Position numbers and translations under genes: made by a program. From a virus, in IMG/VR virus record IMGVR_UViG_3300043449_001175, positions 35,139 through 99,138 of that record: a stretch of 64,000 nucleotides of DNA; one strand, written 5' to 3'. The notes under the pieces were generated by a model. The model made no database searches. It worked only from the letters and a program-made list of their open reading frames with translations, and was not told the origin of the DNA. How positions within the stretch are numbered: position 1 is the stretch's first letter; the number at the start of each line of letters is the position of its first letter. Of the stretch, positions 16,117 through 26,500 are shown piece by piece.

Positions 16117-19100
16117 ATGGCAGTATCAAATAAAGTATTCGTATCTCCTGGTGTTTATACATCAGAGAGAGACCTTAGCTTCGTAGCTCAAAGTGTGGGG
16201 GTAACCACTCTTGGTCTTGTTGGGGAGACATTAACAGGTCCGGCTTTCGAACCAATTTTTATCACAAACTATGATGATTTTGAATCATACTTTGGCGGAA
16301 CGATTCCCGAAAAATTCGTTAACACTCAAATTCCAAAATATGAGTTGGCATACATTGCAAAATCATATCTTCAACAATCTAACCAATTATTTGTAACAAG
16401 AGTGTTAGGTTTATCAGGTTATGATGCGGGTCCGTCTTGGTCAATCACGACAATTGCCAATGTTGACGGTAGTACTGTTGGTTTAAATCCATCAACAGGT
16501 TCAACATATAGTATTAACTTTACCGGTACTACTGGTGGAACTGAAATTACATACTCGACAACTTTCCCAAGTATTATTCAAACAGGTAATACTTACACAC
16601 AATATAATGGTGGTGTATCAACAATTAATACACAATTATATAATCAAATCCAAACAATCATTAATAACTCAGGAACTACTTCGGGAGATTCAGCTTACAT
16701 TTTTGGAACTGTAGCAGCGTCTGATTATGATTCGTTATTGTCAGGATATACTGCTCAGACAAACGTTTATAATGTATCAGGACTTTCTGAGTCTGATGCG
16801 GACTTTACATCACCAAGTGATGATACTTGGTATTATGCAAACTTTGATATTACAACAGGAGATGCTTACACAGGTTATTCTTTCTATAACGTAGTTTCAT
16901 CAATCACTACCGCAGGTTCAGGTGTTTATACTGGTACAATAACAGGTAAGACTTACTCATATTCAGGTACTGCATATGAAGGTTGGAATGACGTAGTTGT
17001 TGCAACTTTACGTTCAAGAGGTATTTCATTGTTTACAACTGACCTTCACGGTCCACAATATCAAATAACAGGAACAACTGATGTTATATTAGATAATTCA
17101 GGTTCTTACTCAGGAATTTCACAAAACCCATTTGCTCAATTTGCAATATCAGGTTATACTGACAATGCTGAAACACCAGCTTCATTCTCATTTGTTACTT
17201 CAATGAATAGTAATGACGCTAACTATATTACTAAGGTATTTGGTATATCTAACTTTGGTAAGAATAGAGTTGAGACTCCATTGTTTGTTGAAGAACAATT
17301 CCAAACAATGTTAACATACGGTTATAATAAAGGTTACGTTAGAGGTATTAATTCATCTTTGATTAGTTTACCAGGTTTAAGAAACCCTGTTACAACAAAT
17401 ACTATCGCTAACTACTTAGAACAATATAAATCACCTGAATCACCTTGGGTTGTATCACAACTTTATGGTTCAACAGTTGAGAGATTGTTTAAATTCTACT
17501 CAATTGCTGATGGTAACAGTGCAAACACTCAAATCAAAATTTCAATTCAAAACATTTCATTTAACAATTTAAGTTTTGATGTGGCGGTTCGTGATTTCTT
17601 CGATACTGATGCTAATCCAGTTATTTTGGAAAAATATACTAATTGTACTATGGACCCAACAACAAATAACTACATTGCGGTTAAGATTGGTACTAGTGAT
17701 GGTGAATACGCTTTGAATTCTAAATACATTATGTTGGAAATGGATGTTGATGCAAATCCTGAATCAGTACCTTGTGGTTTTGAAGGATATGTAATAAGAA
17801 ATTATGGTTCAGCAACTCCTCCATTCCCAGTTTATAAAGTGGCTTACAACTTCCCTGGTGAAGTAATTTATAACCCACCATTTGGTGTTGTTACTAACCC
17901 ACCATTCTCTTACACAGGTTTTGATAATAAAACTGTATCAGGTGGTGACAGAGTAAGAAGTACATATTTGGGTATTTCATCACAAATTGGTTATGACCCA
18001 TTATTCTTTGAATATAAAGGTAAACAAAAACCACTTGATTTATGTGTTGAAAGTGATGCACCATCTTGGAACTACGTAACTAAAGGTTTCCACATGGATT
18101 CAGGAGCAACTGTTGTAAGTATTGTAACAGGTCCAACATCTGGTTCACCAGCATTTGATTGTGGTGTTGCTTCATTCCAAAGAGACCCCGAAACTTCAGC
18201 AAACCCTTACTACCAAATTCAAGCAAGAAAATTCTCTTTCTTATTACAAGGTGGTTTTGACGGTTGGGATATCTACAACGAAAGTAGAACAAATACTGAT
18301 AGATTTATTTTAGGTGGTACTGGTTATCAAGCGGGAGCTTGTCCAACTACAAGATATCCTAACGCAACTGGTTGGGGAGCGTTTAAACCAATTGCAATCA
18401 GCAACTTCACTGACTTCGCAAATACTGATTACTACGCTTACTTGTTAGGTATTAACACATTCTCAAATCCTGAAGCGGTAAATATAAACGTATTTGCAAC
18501 ACCTGGTATTGACTATGTTAACAACTCAAACTTGGTTGAGGATTCTATTTCTATGGTAACATTTGATAGAGCGGATTCAATTTACATTTGTACAACACCT
18601 GATACTGCGATGTTTGCACCTGTAACAAATCCAGCTGATTTCATCTACCCAACTGAAGCGGTTGACAATTTAGATAACACAGGAATTGACTCTAACTACA
18701 CAGCAACTTACTACCCATGGATTTTGGTTAGAGATACTGTAAACAATACACAGATTTACATACCACCAACAAATGAAGTTTGTAGAAACTTGGCGTTGAC
18801 TGATAATATTTCATTCCCTTGGTTCGCAACTGCGGGTTACACAAGAGGTTTGGTAAATGCGGTTAAAGCACGTAAGAAACTTACACAAGAAGATAGAGAT
18901 ACTTTGTATCAAGGTAGAATTAACCCAATTGCAACTTTCTCTGATGTTGGAACTGTAATTTGGGGTAATAAAACATTACAAATTGCTGACACAGCACTTA
19001 ACAGAATTAACGTAAGAAGATTGTTATTACAAGCTCGTAAGTTAATTTCAGCGGTGGCGGTTAGATTGTTGTTTGAACAAAACGATGCTAAAGTAAGACA

Positions 19101-19311
19101 AGATTTCTTGGATTCTGTAAACCCAATCTTGGACGCAATCAGAAGAGACAGAGGTTTATATGACTTTAGAGTTACAGTTAGTAATTCACCTGAAGACTTA
19201 GATAGAAATACTATGACAGGTAAAATTTACTTGAAACCAACTAAAGCATTGGAATTTATCGACATTGAGTTCTTGATAACTCCAACAGGAGCGTCATTTG
19301 AAAATATTTAA
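16117..19311 (+). CDS. Contractile tail sheath protein with large Ser/Thr/Gly-rich insertion domains
   Basis: SPGVYTSERD N-terminus. C-terminal YYPW, PWFATAGYTRG, LYQGRINPI, IWGNKTL, RINVRRLL and LFEQND. Confidence 0.95.
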   Translation: MAVSNKVFVSPGVYTSERDLSFVAQSVGVTTLGLVGETLTGPAFEPIFITNYDDFESYFGGTIPEKFVNTQIPKYELAYIAKSYLQQSNQLFVTRVLGLSGYDAGPSWSITTIANVDGSTVGLNPSTGSTYSINFTGTTGGTEITYSTTFPSIIQTGNTYTQYNGGVSTINTQLYNQIQTIINNSGTTSGDSAYIFGTVAASDYDSLLSGYTAQTNVYNVSGLSESDADFTSPSDDTWYYANFDITTGDAYTGYSFYNVVSSITTAGSGVYTGTITGKTYSYSGTAYEGWNDVVVATLRSRGISLFTTDLHGPQYQITGTTDVILDNSGSYSGISQNPFAQFAISGYTDNAETPASFSFVTSMNSNDANYITKVFGISNFGKNRVETPLFVEEQFQTMLTYGYNKGYVRGINSSLISLPGLRNPVTTNTIANYLEQYKSPESPWVVSQLYGSTVERLFKFYSIADGNSANTQIKISIQNISFNNLSFDVAVRDFFDTDANPVILEKYTNCTMDPTTNNYIAVKIGTSDGEYALNSKYIMLEMDVDANPESVPCGFEGYVIRNYGSATPPFPVYKVAYNFPGEVIYNPPFGVVTNPPFSYTGFDNKTVSGGDRVRSTYLGISSQIGYDPLFFEYKGKQKPLDLCVESDAPSWNYVTKGFHMDSGATVVSIVTGPTSGSPAFDCGVASFQRDPETSANPYYQIQARKFSFLLQGGFDGWDIYNESRTNTDRFILGGTGYQAGACPTTRYPNATGWGAFKPIAISNFTDFANTDYYAYLLGINTFSNPEAVNINVFATPGIDYVNNSNLVEDSISMVTFDRADSIYICTTPDTAMFAPVTNPADFIYPTEAVDNLDNTGIDSNYTATYYPWILVRDTVNNTQIYIPPTNEVCRNLALTDNISFPWFATAGYTRGLVNAVKARKKLTQEDRDTLYQGRINPIATFSDVGTVIWGNKTLQIADTALNRINVRRLLLQARKLISAVAVRLLFEQNDAKVRQDFLDSVNPILDAIRRDRGLYDFRVTVSNSPEDLDRNTMTGKIYLKPTKALEFIDIEFLITPTGASFENI

Positions 19312-19318
19312 TATTTGA

Positions 19319-20155
19319 ATGATTAGAAAAAAAACATTAAACACCACATCGTCATTACTTGAAGGTTTTGACGATGTTGGTACGCCTGACATGAAATATT
19401 ATGCCTTTGATTGGGATGATAATATCATGATGATGCCAACTAAAATTATCCTTAAAGATGAAAATGATAATGAGGTTGGTATGTCAACAGAAGATTTTGC
19501 GGAATATAGAAGTGAAATTGGTGTAAAACCATTTAATTACAAAGGTAGTACAATTGTTGGATATGCTGACGAACCTTTTCGTAATTTCAGAACTGGTGGT
19601 GATAAACAATTTAAAATTGATGCCATGAAAGGTAAACCAGGTCCCGCTTGGTCTGATTTTGTGGAAGCAATCAACAACGGGTCAATTTTTTCAATAATCA
19701 CCGCACGTGGACACAATCCTGAAACAATTAAAGATGCTATTTATAACTTAATAGTTTCCGACCATATGGGTATTAATAAAGATTTATTAATTAAGAATCT
19801 TAGAAAATTCCGTGACTTTACAAACATGGAAGACAAATCGGATATGGAATTAATAAAAGACTATATGGATATGAACAAATATTATCCTGTTAGTTTTGGT
19901 ACAGACGCGGGAGCTGCCAACCCCGAGGAATTAAAAGTCCAAGCAATGAAAGAATTTATTTCATATGTAAAAGGACAGGCAAAAGAATTAGGTAAAAAAT
20001 TATATGTCAAAGATGATGTAAGAAATAACTTTATTCCTAATATTGGCTTTTCAGATGATGATTTAAAGAATGTAGAAGTAATGAAGAAGCATTTTGAAGA
20101 TGAACCAGTTTTAAAGACTTATTCTACTGCTGGAGGAACTAAAACTAGATACTAA
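19319..20155 (+). CDS. HAD-superfamily phosphatase
   Basis: Motif I AFDWDDNI, motif II ITARG, a conserved K, and motif IV FSDDD. Confidence 0.7.
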   Translation: MIRKKTLNTTSSLLEGFDDVGTPDMKYYAFDWDDNIMMMPTKIILKDENDNEVGMSTEDFAEYRSEIGVKPFNYKGSTIVGYADEPFRNFRTGGDKQFKIDAMKGKPGPAWSDFVEAINNGSIFSIITARGHNPETIKDAIYNLIVSDHMGINKDLLIKNLRKFRDFTNMEDKSDMELIKDYMDMNKYYPVSFGTDAGAANPEELKVQAMKEFISYVKGQAKELGKKLYVKDDVRNNFIPNIGFSDDDLKNVEVMKKHFEDEPVLKTYSTAGGTKTRY

Positions 20156-20209
20156 ACGATGATAATTTTTAAAAAATTAAAGTAAATACAAAAATTTTCA
20201 AACAACGTG

Positions 20210-20217
20210 TATTTATA
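20210..20217 (+). promoter_or_regulatory. TATTTATA putative late promoter of the tail tube gene
   Basis: Followed by an A-rich leader resembling that of the sheath gene. Confidence 0.55.
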
Positions 20218-20256
20218 GATAAATAAACTAAAACAAAAAACTAAAAAGAATATACC

Positions 20257-20745
20257 ATGGCTGATTTATTAATGAAAATGCCGGTTCCTTACGAACCAAA
20301 AAGAGCGAACCGATTTATACTAAGGTTTGACACAAGTTTAGGTATTAATGAATGGTTCGTAGAATCATCAGGAAGACCAAGTATTGATATTAACCCTGTT
20401 GAGATACAATTTTTGAACACTTCTACATATGTAGCGGGTAGATTCAAATGGAATCCAATCTCAGTTAAATTCCGTGACCCAATTGGTCCATCAGCAACAC
20501 AAGCTCTTATGGAGTGGGTTCGTTTACACGCTGAATCAGTTACAGGTCGTATGGGATATGCTGCGGGTTATAAAAAGAATGTTGACCTTGAAATGTTGGA
20601 CCCAACAGGTGTTGTTGTGGAAAAATGGATTCTTGAGCAATGTATGATTACAAAATCCACTTGGGATAACGTATCATATAGTGATGACAAATTAGCAGGA
20701 TTAGACGTTACATTACAGATGGACCGTTGTATTTTGGTTTACTAA
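20257..20745 (+). CDS. Tail tube protein (T4 gp19-like)
   Basis: EPKRANRF, YVAGRFKWNPI, GYAAGYKK and LDPTGVVVEKW. 162 aa, downstream of the sheath. Confidence 0.9.
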   Translation: MADLLMKMPVPYEPKRANRFILRFDTSLGINEWFVESSGRPSIDINPVEIQFLNTSTYVAGRFKWNPISVKFRDPIGPSATQALMEWVRLHAESVTGRMGYAAGYKKNVDLEMLDPTGVVVEKWILEQCMITKSTWDNVSYSDDKLAGLDVTLQMDRCILVY

Positions 20746-20793
20746 TTTTGTATTTATTTTTATATTGATAAATTAATTTAATACGGTATATTT

Positions 20794-20824
20794 AACACAG
20801 GGTCTAATCCCTGTGTTTTTTTTT
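20794..20824 (+). terminator. Intrinsic terminator after the tail tube gene
   Basis: AACACAGGG-TCTAAT-CCCTGTGTT hairpin followed by a T-run that ends at the next ATG (20825). Confidence 0.75.
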
Positions 20825-21574
20825 ATGGACGAAAATTTATTACAATACGCACAACAAGAATTTAATTTACCACATGATGTCGTAAAATTACCATCTGAAG
20901 GTAAATTCTACAAATCAAAGAAAAAATCTGTTAAGGTTGGTTACTTAACCGCCGCTGATGAGAATATTATTATGGCTTCAAACCCTGATGATATGATTAT
21001 GACATTGGTTCGTTCAAAGTTATATGAACCTGATTTAAAACCTGATGAAATGTTAAATGGTGATATTGAAGCTATTTTAATATTTTTGAGAAATACATCG
21101 TTTGGTCCTGAATATAAAATCAGTGTTAATGACCCCGAGACAGGAAAAAGATTTGCAACTGAAGTATTGTTGGATGAATTGGATTTTAGAAAACCTTCAA
21201 TTGAACCAAATGAAGATGGTACTTTCAATGTTGTACTTCCAAAATCACAAGCAACTGTCAAATTAAAACCTTTATTGTATAAAGAGATTCAAGAAATCAA
21301 CAAAGCGGCGGATGCGTATCCTGCAGGAAGAGTTGCTCCAAGAGTCACAATGAAACTTCAAAAACAAATTTTGTCTGTTAATGGTGATACAACACTATCG
21401 ACAATTATCAAATTTATTGAAGGATTACCAATTATGGATTCAAAATTCATTAGAAAATTTATTGATGAAAATGAACCAAAATTAGACCTAACCAAAACAG
21501 TTATAGCCCCGTCAGGAAACAAGGTAGATGTTGAAATCGCCTTTGGGGTTGAGTTTTTTCGGGTTTTCTTCTGA
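20825..21574 (+). CDS. Baseplate hub assembly/tail assembly chaperone (T4 gp26-like)
   Basis: VKLPSEGKFY, LTAADENII, GDIEAILIFLRNTSFGPEY and C-terminal FGVEFF. Lies between tube and tape measure. Confidence 0.7.
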   Translation: MDENLLQYAQQEFNLPHDVVKLPSEGKFYKSKKKSVKVGYLTAADENIIMASNPDDMIMTLVRSKLYEPDLKPDEMLNGDIEAILIFLRNTSFGPEYKISVNDPETGKRFATEVLLDELDFRKPSIEPNEDGTFNVVLPKSQATVKLKPLLYKEIQEINKAADAYPAGRVAPRVTMKLQKQILSVNGDTTLSTIIKFIEGLPIMDSKFIRKFIDENEPKLDLTKTVIAPSGNKVDVEIAFGVEFFRVFF

Positions 21575-21710
21575 TTATAGAAAATACCAACTAGACGAGT
21601 TTTTTATCATGAGCCGAGATTTACATATATCTTGGACTGATTTTCAAAAAATGCCGACATACGCTCGTAGGTATCTTTTAGACAAATTGATAGAATCGTA
21701 TCAAAAATAA
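21552..21710 (+). CDS. gp51/lambda-T-like C-terminal chaperone segment, possibly expressed by +1 frameshift from the upstream gene
   Basis: Overlaps the upstream gene in the +1 frame. SWTDFQKMPTYARRYLL resembles gp51-type M-P-x-x-x-R motifs. Confidence 0.55.
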   Translation, partial: SFFGFSSDYRKYQLDEFFIMSRDLHISWTDFQKMPTYARRYLLDKLIESYQK

Positions 21711-21732
21711 AAGTTATTCTATTTATTAGAAT

Positions 21733-23544
21733 ATGCAGGCAGCTACAGGAAATACGGTCTCAAGTACACAGGCGGTAATCAACGATTTAACCAGTACAAT
21801 TAATAAAGGTTATGAAAATTGGTTATCAAGAACAAAAGTATTAGAATTAGAGTTTTCAAATTTTAATGCAAAACTTGCTGGTACTTTTGGTCAAACACAA
21901 ATGGCCATTAGGGGTTTAAGTACTGAGTTGGCGGTTGCAACACCAAGAGTTACAGGGTTAGGAGGTTCATTAACTGATGTAACAAATATACAACAGGGTA
22001 TTGCTGAGAGTTTAAAGACTAATGTTATTACTCTTGGGGAAACTGTTGGTGAATTATATGCTGCGGGTACTGCTGTAGGTATTAGTTCTTCTGAAATTGG
22101 TGACATGGTAAAAGGATTCCAAGATGCGGGAATTCAAACTGGAAATATTAGAGACAACATTCAACAATCAGTTGACATTGCAAGAAAAGTTGGTGTTAAC
22201 ACAAGTGCGGTATTTGGACTTGTTAGAGACAATTTAAGTAACATTAATAAATATGGTTTCGAAAATGGTGTTGCTGGATTAGCTAAAATGTCTGCACAAG
22301 CTGCGGGACTACGTATCAACATGAATGAAATTTTTGGATTTGCTGAAAGGGTGTTTAACCCCGAAGGTGCTGTAGATATGGTATCTACATTCCAAAAGTT
22401 AGGTGTAGCTGCTGGTGATTTGGCAGACCCATTTAGATTAATGTATTTGGCCTCTGAAGATACTGCCGAATTACAGAATCAGGTTGTAAAAATGACCGAA
22501 AAGTTTACATACTTTGATGAAAAAACAAAAGAGTTTAAAGTTTTTCCAAATGCCAAACGTGATTTAAGAGAAATTTCAAACGCTACGGGAATTGCGTATG
22601 AAGACTTAATCAAAATGTCTGAGGGTCAACAAAAGTTAAATAAGATTAGAGGTGAATTTAAAACAACTGGTATTGATGAAGAATCAAAACAATTTATTGC
22701 TAACGTAGCCCAATACAACAAAGATAAGGGTGCCTTTACAGTTAAAATTGGTGACCAAGAAAAGACAATTTCTGAAATTAATACAAAAGACCTTGAAGAA
22801 TTGAAAAAAGCTAACGAACCTGTGACTTTGGAACAATTAGCAAAAGAACAATTAAATCAAGACCAATTAGGAAACGCACTTTTAAAACAATTAGTTGATA
22901 GTGTTGCGGCACCAATTGCTGGTTCAAGAGCCCCAAGAGAATTGAGAGAATTTGGTCGTGGAGCGACCCAAGTAGCATCAACCGCTGCAACTCAAACACT
23001 TGGTAATCAAAGAGGTGCTATAGCATCTATTGATAAATTTTATGACCAAGCAGGACAAAGTATTTTGGATTTATTTAAAGGTGAGGGGAGTCCAACTAAA
23101 ATTGCTGAAATATTTAAAACTGCGGGTATGGATGTACAATCTGGTTTTGCCAATATAAAACAATCAATAAGTGGTATTGATTTTAAATCGGCGATTCAAC
23201 CGTATGTAAGTTCGGGAAACAAAATTGCTGAGGCGGCTGACTTGGCAGTACAAGGACTTACAAAGTTAGCGACAAAAGCCACGGCTTCAGGAACAATTCC
23301 TAATAGAATCGAAGCAAATCAACCACAATCATTTATTAATCAAACAATAAAAGTTGATGATATTAATTACAAGGGTTCAATAGATGTAAAAGTAACAAAT
23401 ACAAATGGAACCACCAGTAATTTAACAGATACTCAAGTGTATGATTTATTTAAAAACGAAACATTTATTAAACAAATTAATAAAATGATTAGTGATGGTA
23501 AGATTAGTGGTAATTATGGTTATACACCAAACAATTCAAAATAA
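21733..23544 (+). CDS. Tape measure protein (probable)
   Basis: Helical, Ala/Gly/Gln-rich, 603 aa, directly after the chaperone pair. TATTTAT at 21720. Confidence 0.65.
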   Translation: MQAATGNTVSSTQAVINDLTSTINKGYENWLSRTKVLELEFSNFNAKLAGTFGQTQMAIRGLSTELAVATPRVTGLGGSLTDVTNIQQGIAESLKTNVITLGETVGELYAAGTAVGISSSEIGDMVKGFQDAGIQTGNIRDNIQQSVDIARKVGVNTSAVFGLVRDNLSNINKYGFENGVAGLAKMSAQAAGLRINMNEIFGFAERVFNPEGAVDMVSTFQKLGVAAGDLADPFRLMYLASEDTAELQNQVVKMTEKFTYFDEKTKEFKVFPNAKRDLREISNATGIAYEDLIKMSEGQQKLNKIRGEFKTTGIDEESKQFIANVAQYNKDKGAFTVKIGDQEKTISEINTKDLEELKKANEPVTLEQLAKEQLNQDQLGNALLKQLVDSVAAPIAGSRAPRELREFGRGATQVASTAATQTLGNQRGAIASIDKFYDQAGQSILDLFKGEGSPTKIAEIFKTAGMDVQSGFANIKQSISGIDFKSAIQPYVSSGNKIAEAADLAVQGLTKLATKATASGTIPNRIEANQPQSFINQTIKVDDINYKGSIDVKVTNTNGTTSNLTDTQVYDLFKNETFIKQINKMISDGKISGNYGYTPNNSK

Positions 23545-23599
23545 AAGAAATTATCAAATAAAAAATAGGGGTGCTTCTATTTATAGATGATACATCAAC

Positions 23600-26500
23600 A
23601 TGCCAAGTCGTTTAAGTTTTAGTGCTACGAAATTAAAAAGGGATGAGTTACTTTTAAGGAACTTAAAACCTTACAATAAACCAGGTGTTTATACACCTGT
23701 AGGTAGTCCTGGAGTTAATGAATATATCAGAAGTGATTATTCAGTTATAGATTCCCCTGACGCATTAATTGATGCTGACCCATATGCAGACACACTATAT
23801 ACTAATAATGTCTTCGGACCTTTGGGTGGATACAACAAAGATATTAGTGGTTTAATTAATACACAACAAACATTATCAAATCAAGGTCCTTATACTCAAA
23901 CACCACCATATACCGAAGCGTTACAATTATATTCAGTATCGTTTCAAAAAAGACAATACATTAAGAATGTTTATTCGCCAGGAAACCAGTACACCTATTA
24001 TGATATGGGTGATGTTATTAAAGTACAAAAAAATGCTACTTATTGGGACCCACCAAGTTTTAGACCCTCATCATATTCACCATTTTCAGTTTTATTACAA
24101 GCCGACCCCGTAGGTGATAATGGTCTTGCTAGTGATGATTCAGAATTGGCTAGATTAGGTGTTAAAGGTGCAAAACAATCTTTTCAATATAGAGTTGACC
24201 AAAATGTTAGAACTCAAACATTAGGAAGAGCAAATATATTAAATGGTGTTAAAGACCCCGTTAACTTATCTTTAATTTTAGCAGGAAAACAACCTTTAAT
24301 TTACAGAGATTGGAAAATTACGTCAGGTGGGGGTAATATTATATCACAAGGACAGGACATTGTTCAAAGAATTGCTGGTTTTACATTACCATTTTCACCA
24401 ATACCAGGAAGTTATTACGAACAAAGAGATATTAATTCAACACAATCAGCCATCCGAGCGGCTGGTAACGGAAAACGTGGTGGATTATTTGGGTTGTTTG
24501 GTTCAAGACCAACATCACCATCACAAGTATTTTTAGATTATACAGGTTCAGGTCAAAGAGCTCAATTGACACAGAATTTGGATATGAACAGATTCCGACC
24601 ACAATACAATACAGGTGGTACAGGAATTTTATCTGCTCTTGGAAATGCCATTACAGGAGCTGTTGCTAACAATGCCAGTCAAGGAACATATTATGTTGGT
24701 AGTCCTGAAAGGGAACCAGGTTATTTAACATCACCTCCTGGTGAGGTACCAATTGACCCATTTGGAGCTCAAGTATTAGCACCCGTTTACGGTCCTGATG
24801 TTTTAGGTAAAGAATACGAAGGTGTTGATAAAGACTTTAAATTTGGTTTGGCAGGAAAACCATTTGTTGACGATGGTAGTATTGTCGGTGGATTTAGTTG
24901 GGTAAGTCAAAAGTGGGCACCAAACGCAGGAAGATATCAAAAACCTGGTGGTGATTATGGTGAACAAGACCCAGCATACCCATCAATATCAAATCAATTT
25001 ACTGAAACACAATCAATAAAATATGAATACAAACCAGGTTCAATTTTAGATGATACCCAAAGATTAATTGATTCACAACCAAACTCAGGTGCAAGATTTG
25101 GACACGTAGGTAATGCGATTGACCAAACATCAAAAGTGTTCTTTGATGGTTATAAAGAAATCACAAAAGGTTCACAGATTATTAAGTATTCTGACGGACA
25201 AGCCAATGTTGGTATAGAATATTGTCGTGTTTTTACAAAAGATACACCATATTATACATTTAACAATTTACAGAAAAGAGATGGAAATATTCGTAAGTTT
25301 TCATACTCTGTAATGGATTCAACCTTTAATATTAACATTGCACCTGAAAAAGGTGGTGATAGTATTGTTAATGGTAAAGTAAAAAAATACATGTTCTCAA
25401 TTGAGAATTTGGCTTGGAGAACAGGATACAGAGCGGGTTATAGAGTGGATGATTTACCTGCTTGTGAAAAAGGACCTAACGGTGGTAGAGTAATGTGGTT
25501 TCCACCATATGATTTGTCATTTACTGAGGATACAAGACCTTCATTTAATGAAACAACATTCTTGGGTAGACCCGAGCCAATATATACCTATAAAAACACC
25601 TCACGTAGTGGTACATTGAAATGGAAGATGATTGTTGACCACCCGTCAATTTTGAACCTTATAGTTAATAAGGTGTTGGCAAATGAAGGTGATAGACAAA
25701 AAGTTGATTCTATTGTTGATTCATTCTTTGCTGGTTGTAAAAAATATGATTTATATGAACTTGCAAAGATTTATAATACAGTACCATTAACTGATTTACA
25801 AGCTTGGCAGGAAATTATTACAAATCCTAACGCAACTAATGAAAACATTGTTGCCGCTTCTAAAGCTACCAATACTTCAGCAACAAACTCATTACAAGAT
25901 GGGGGTACAACAGATGATGCCACAGGAAACCCAACTCTAAATGAATATAATGGTTTTGGTTTCTATTTTGATAATGATATACCAAGTCCAACTGCCGTTG
26001 CATACCAAACAACATATTCAAATTACACATCAACGTCAAATAAACAATTGTATAAAAATAATTCAGGTGATGCACAAGTTACAACACAATTTTTTGATGG
26101 TGTGATTGAAGACAACTATAGTCAAATAAAAGAAATGGCTCAAAAAATGTATAATATTTTGAGTCAAAAACAGGCTAGTAGTATTGTTGTGACACTTGAG
26201 GCTAGTGCATCACCATCTGCACCAAAAGAATATAATGAAAAATTGGCGGCAAGAAGAGGTGAATCAGTTATTGAATTTTTTAAAACATATAGTTTTGGTG
26301 CAAATAATAATTCGTTAGGACAATTCATTGGTTCCACACTATCATTTAATACTATTGCGAGGGGTGAAGCAACAAGTGTTACACCAAGAGGTAGACAAAG
26401 TTATAGTACTTATAATTGTTTAGATGATGCACTTAATGATGAGAAGTATACTACAAGAGCTATGGCTTGTAGAACAGTCTTATTAAAAAATGTTGAGGTT

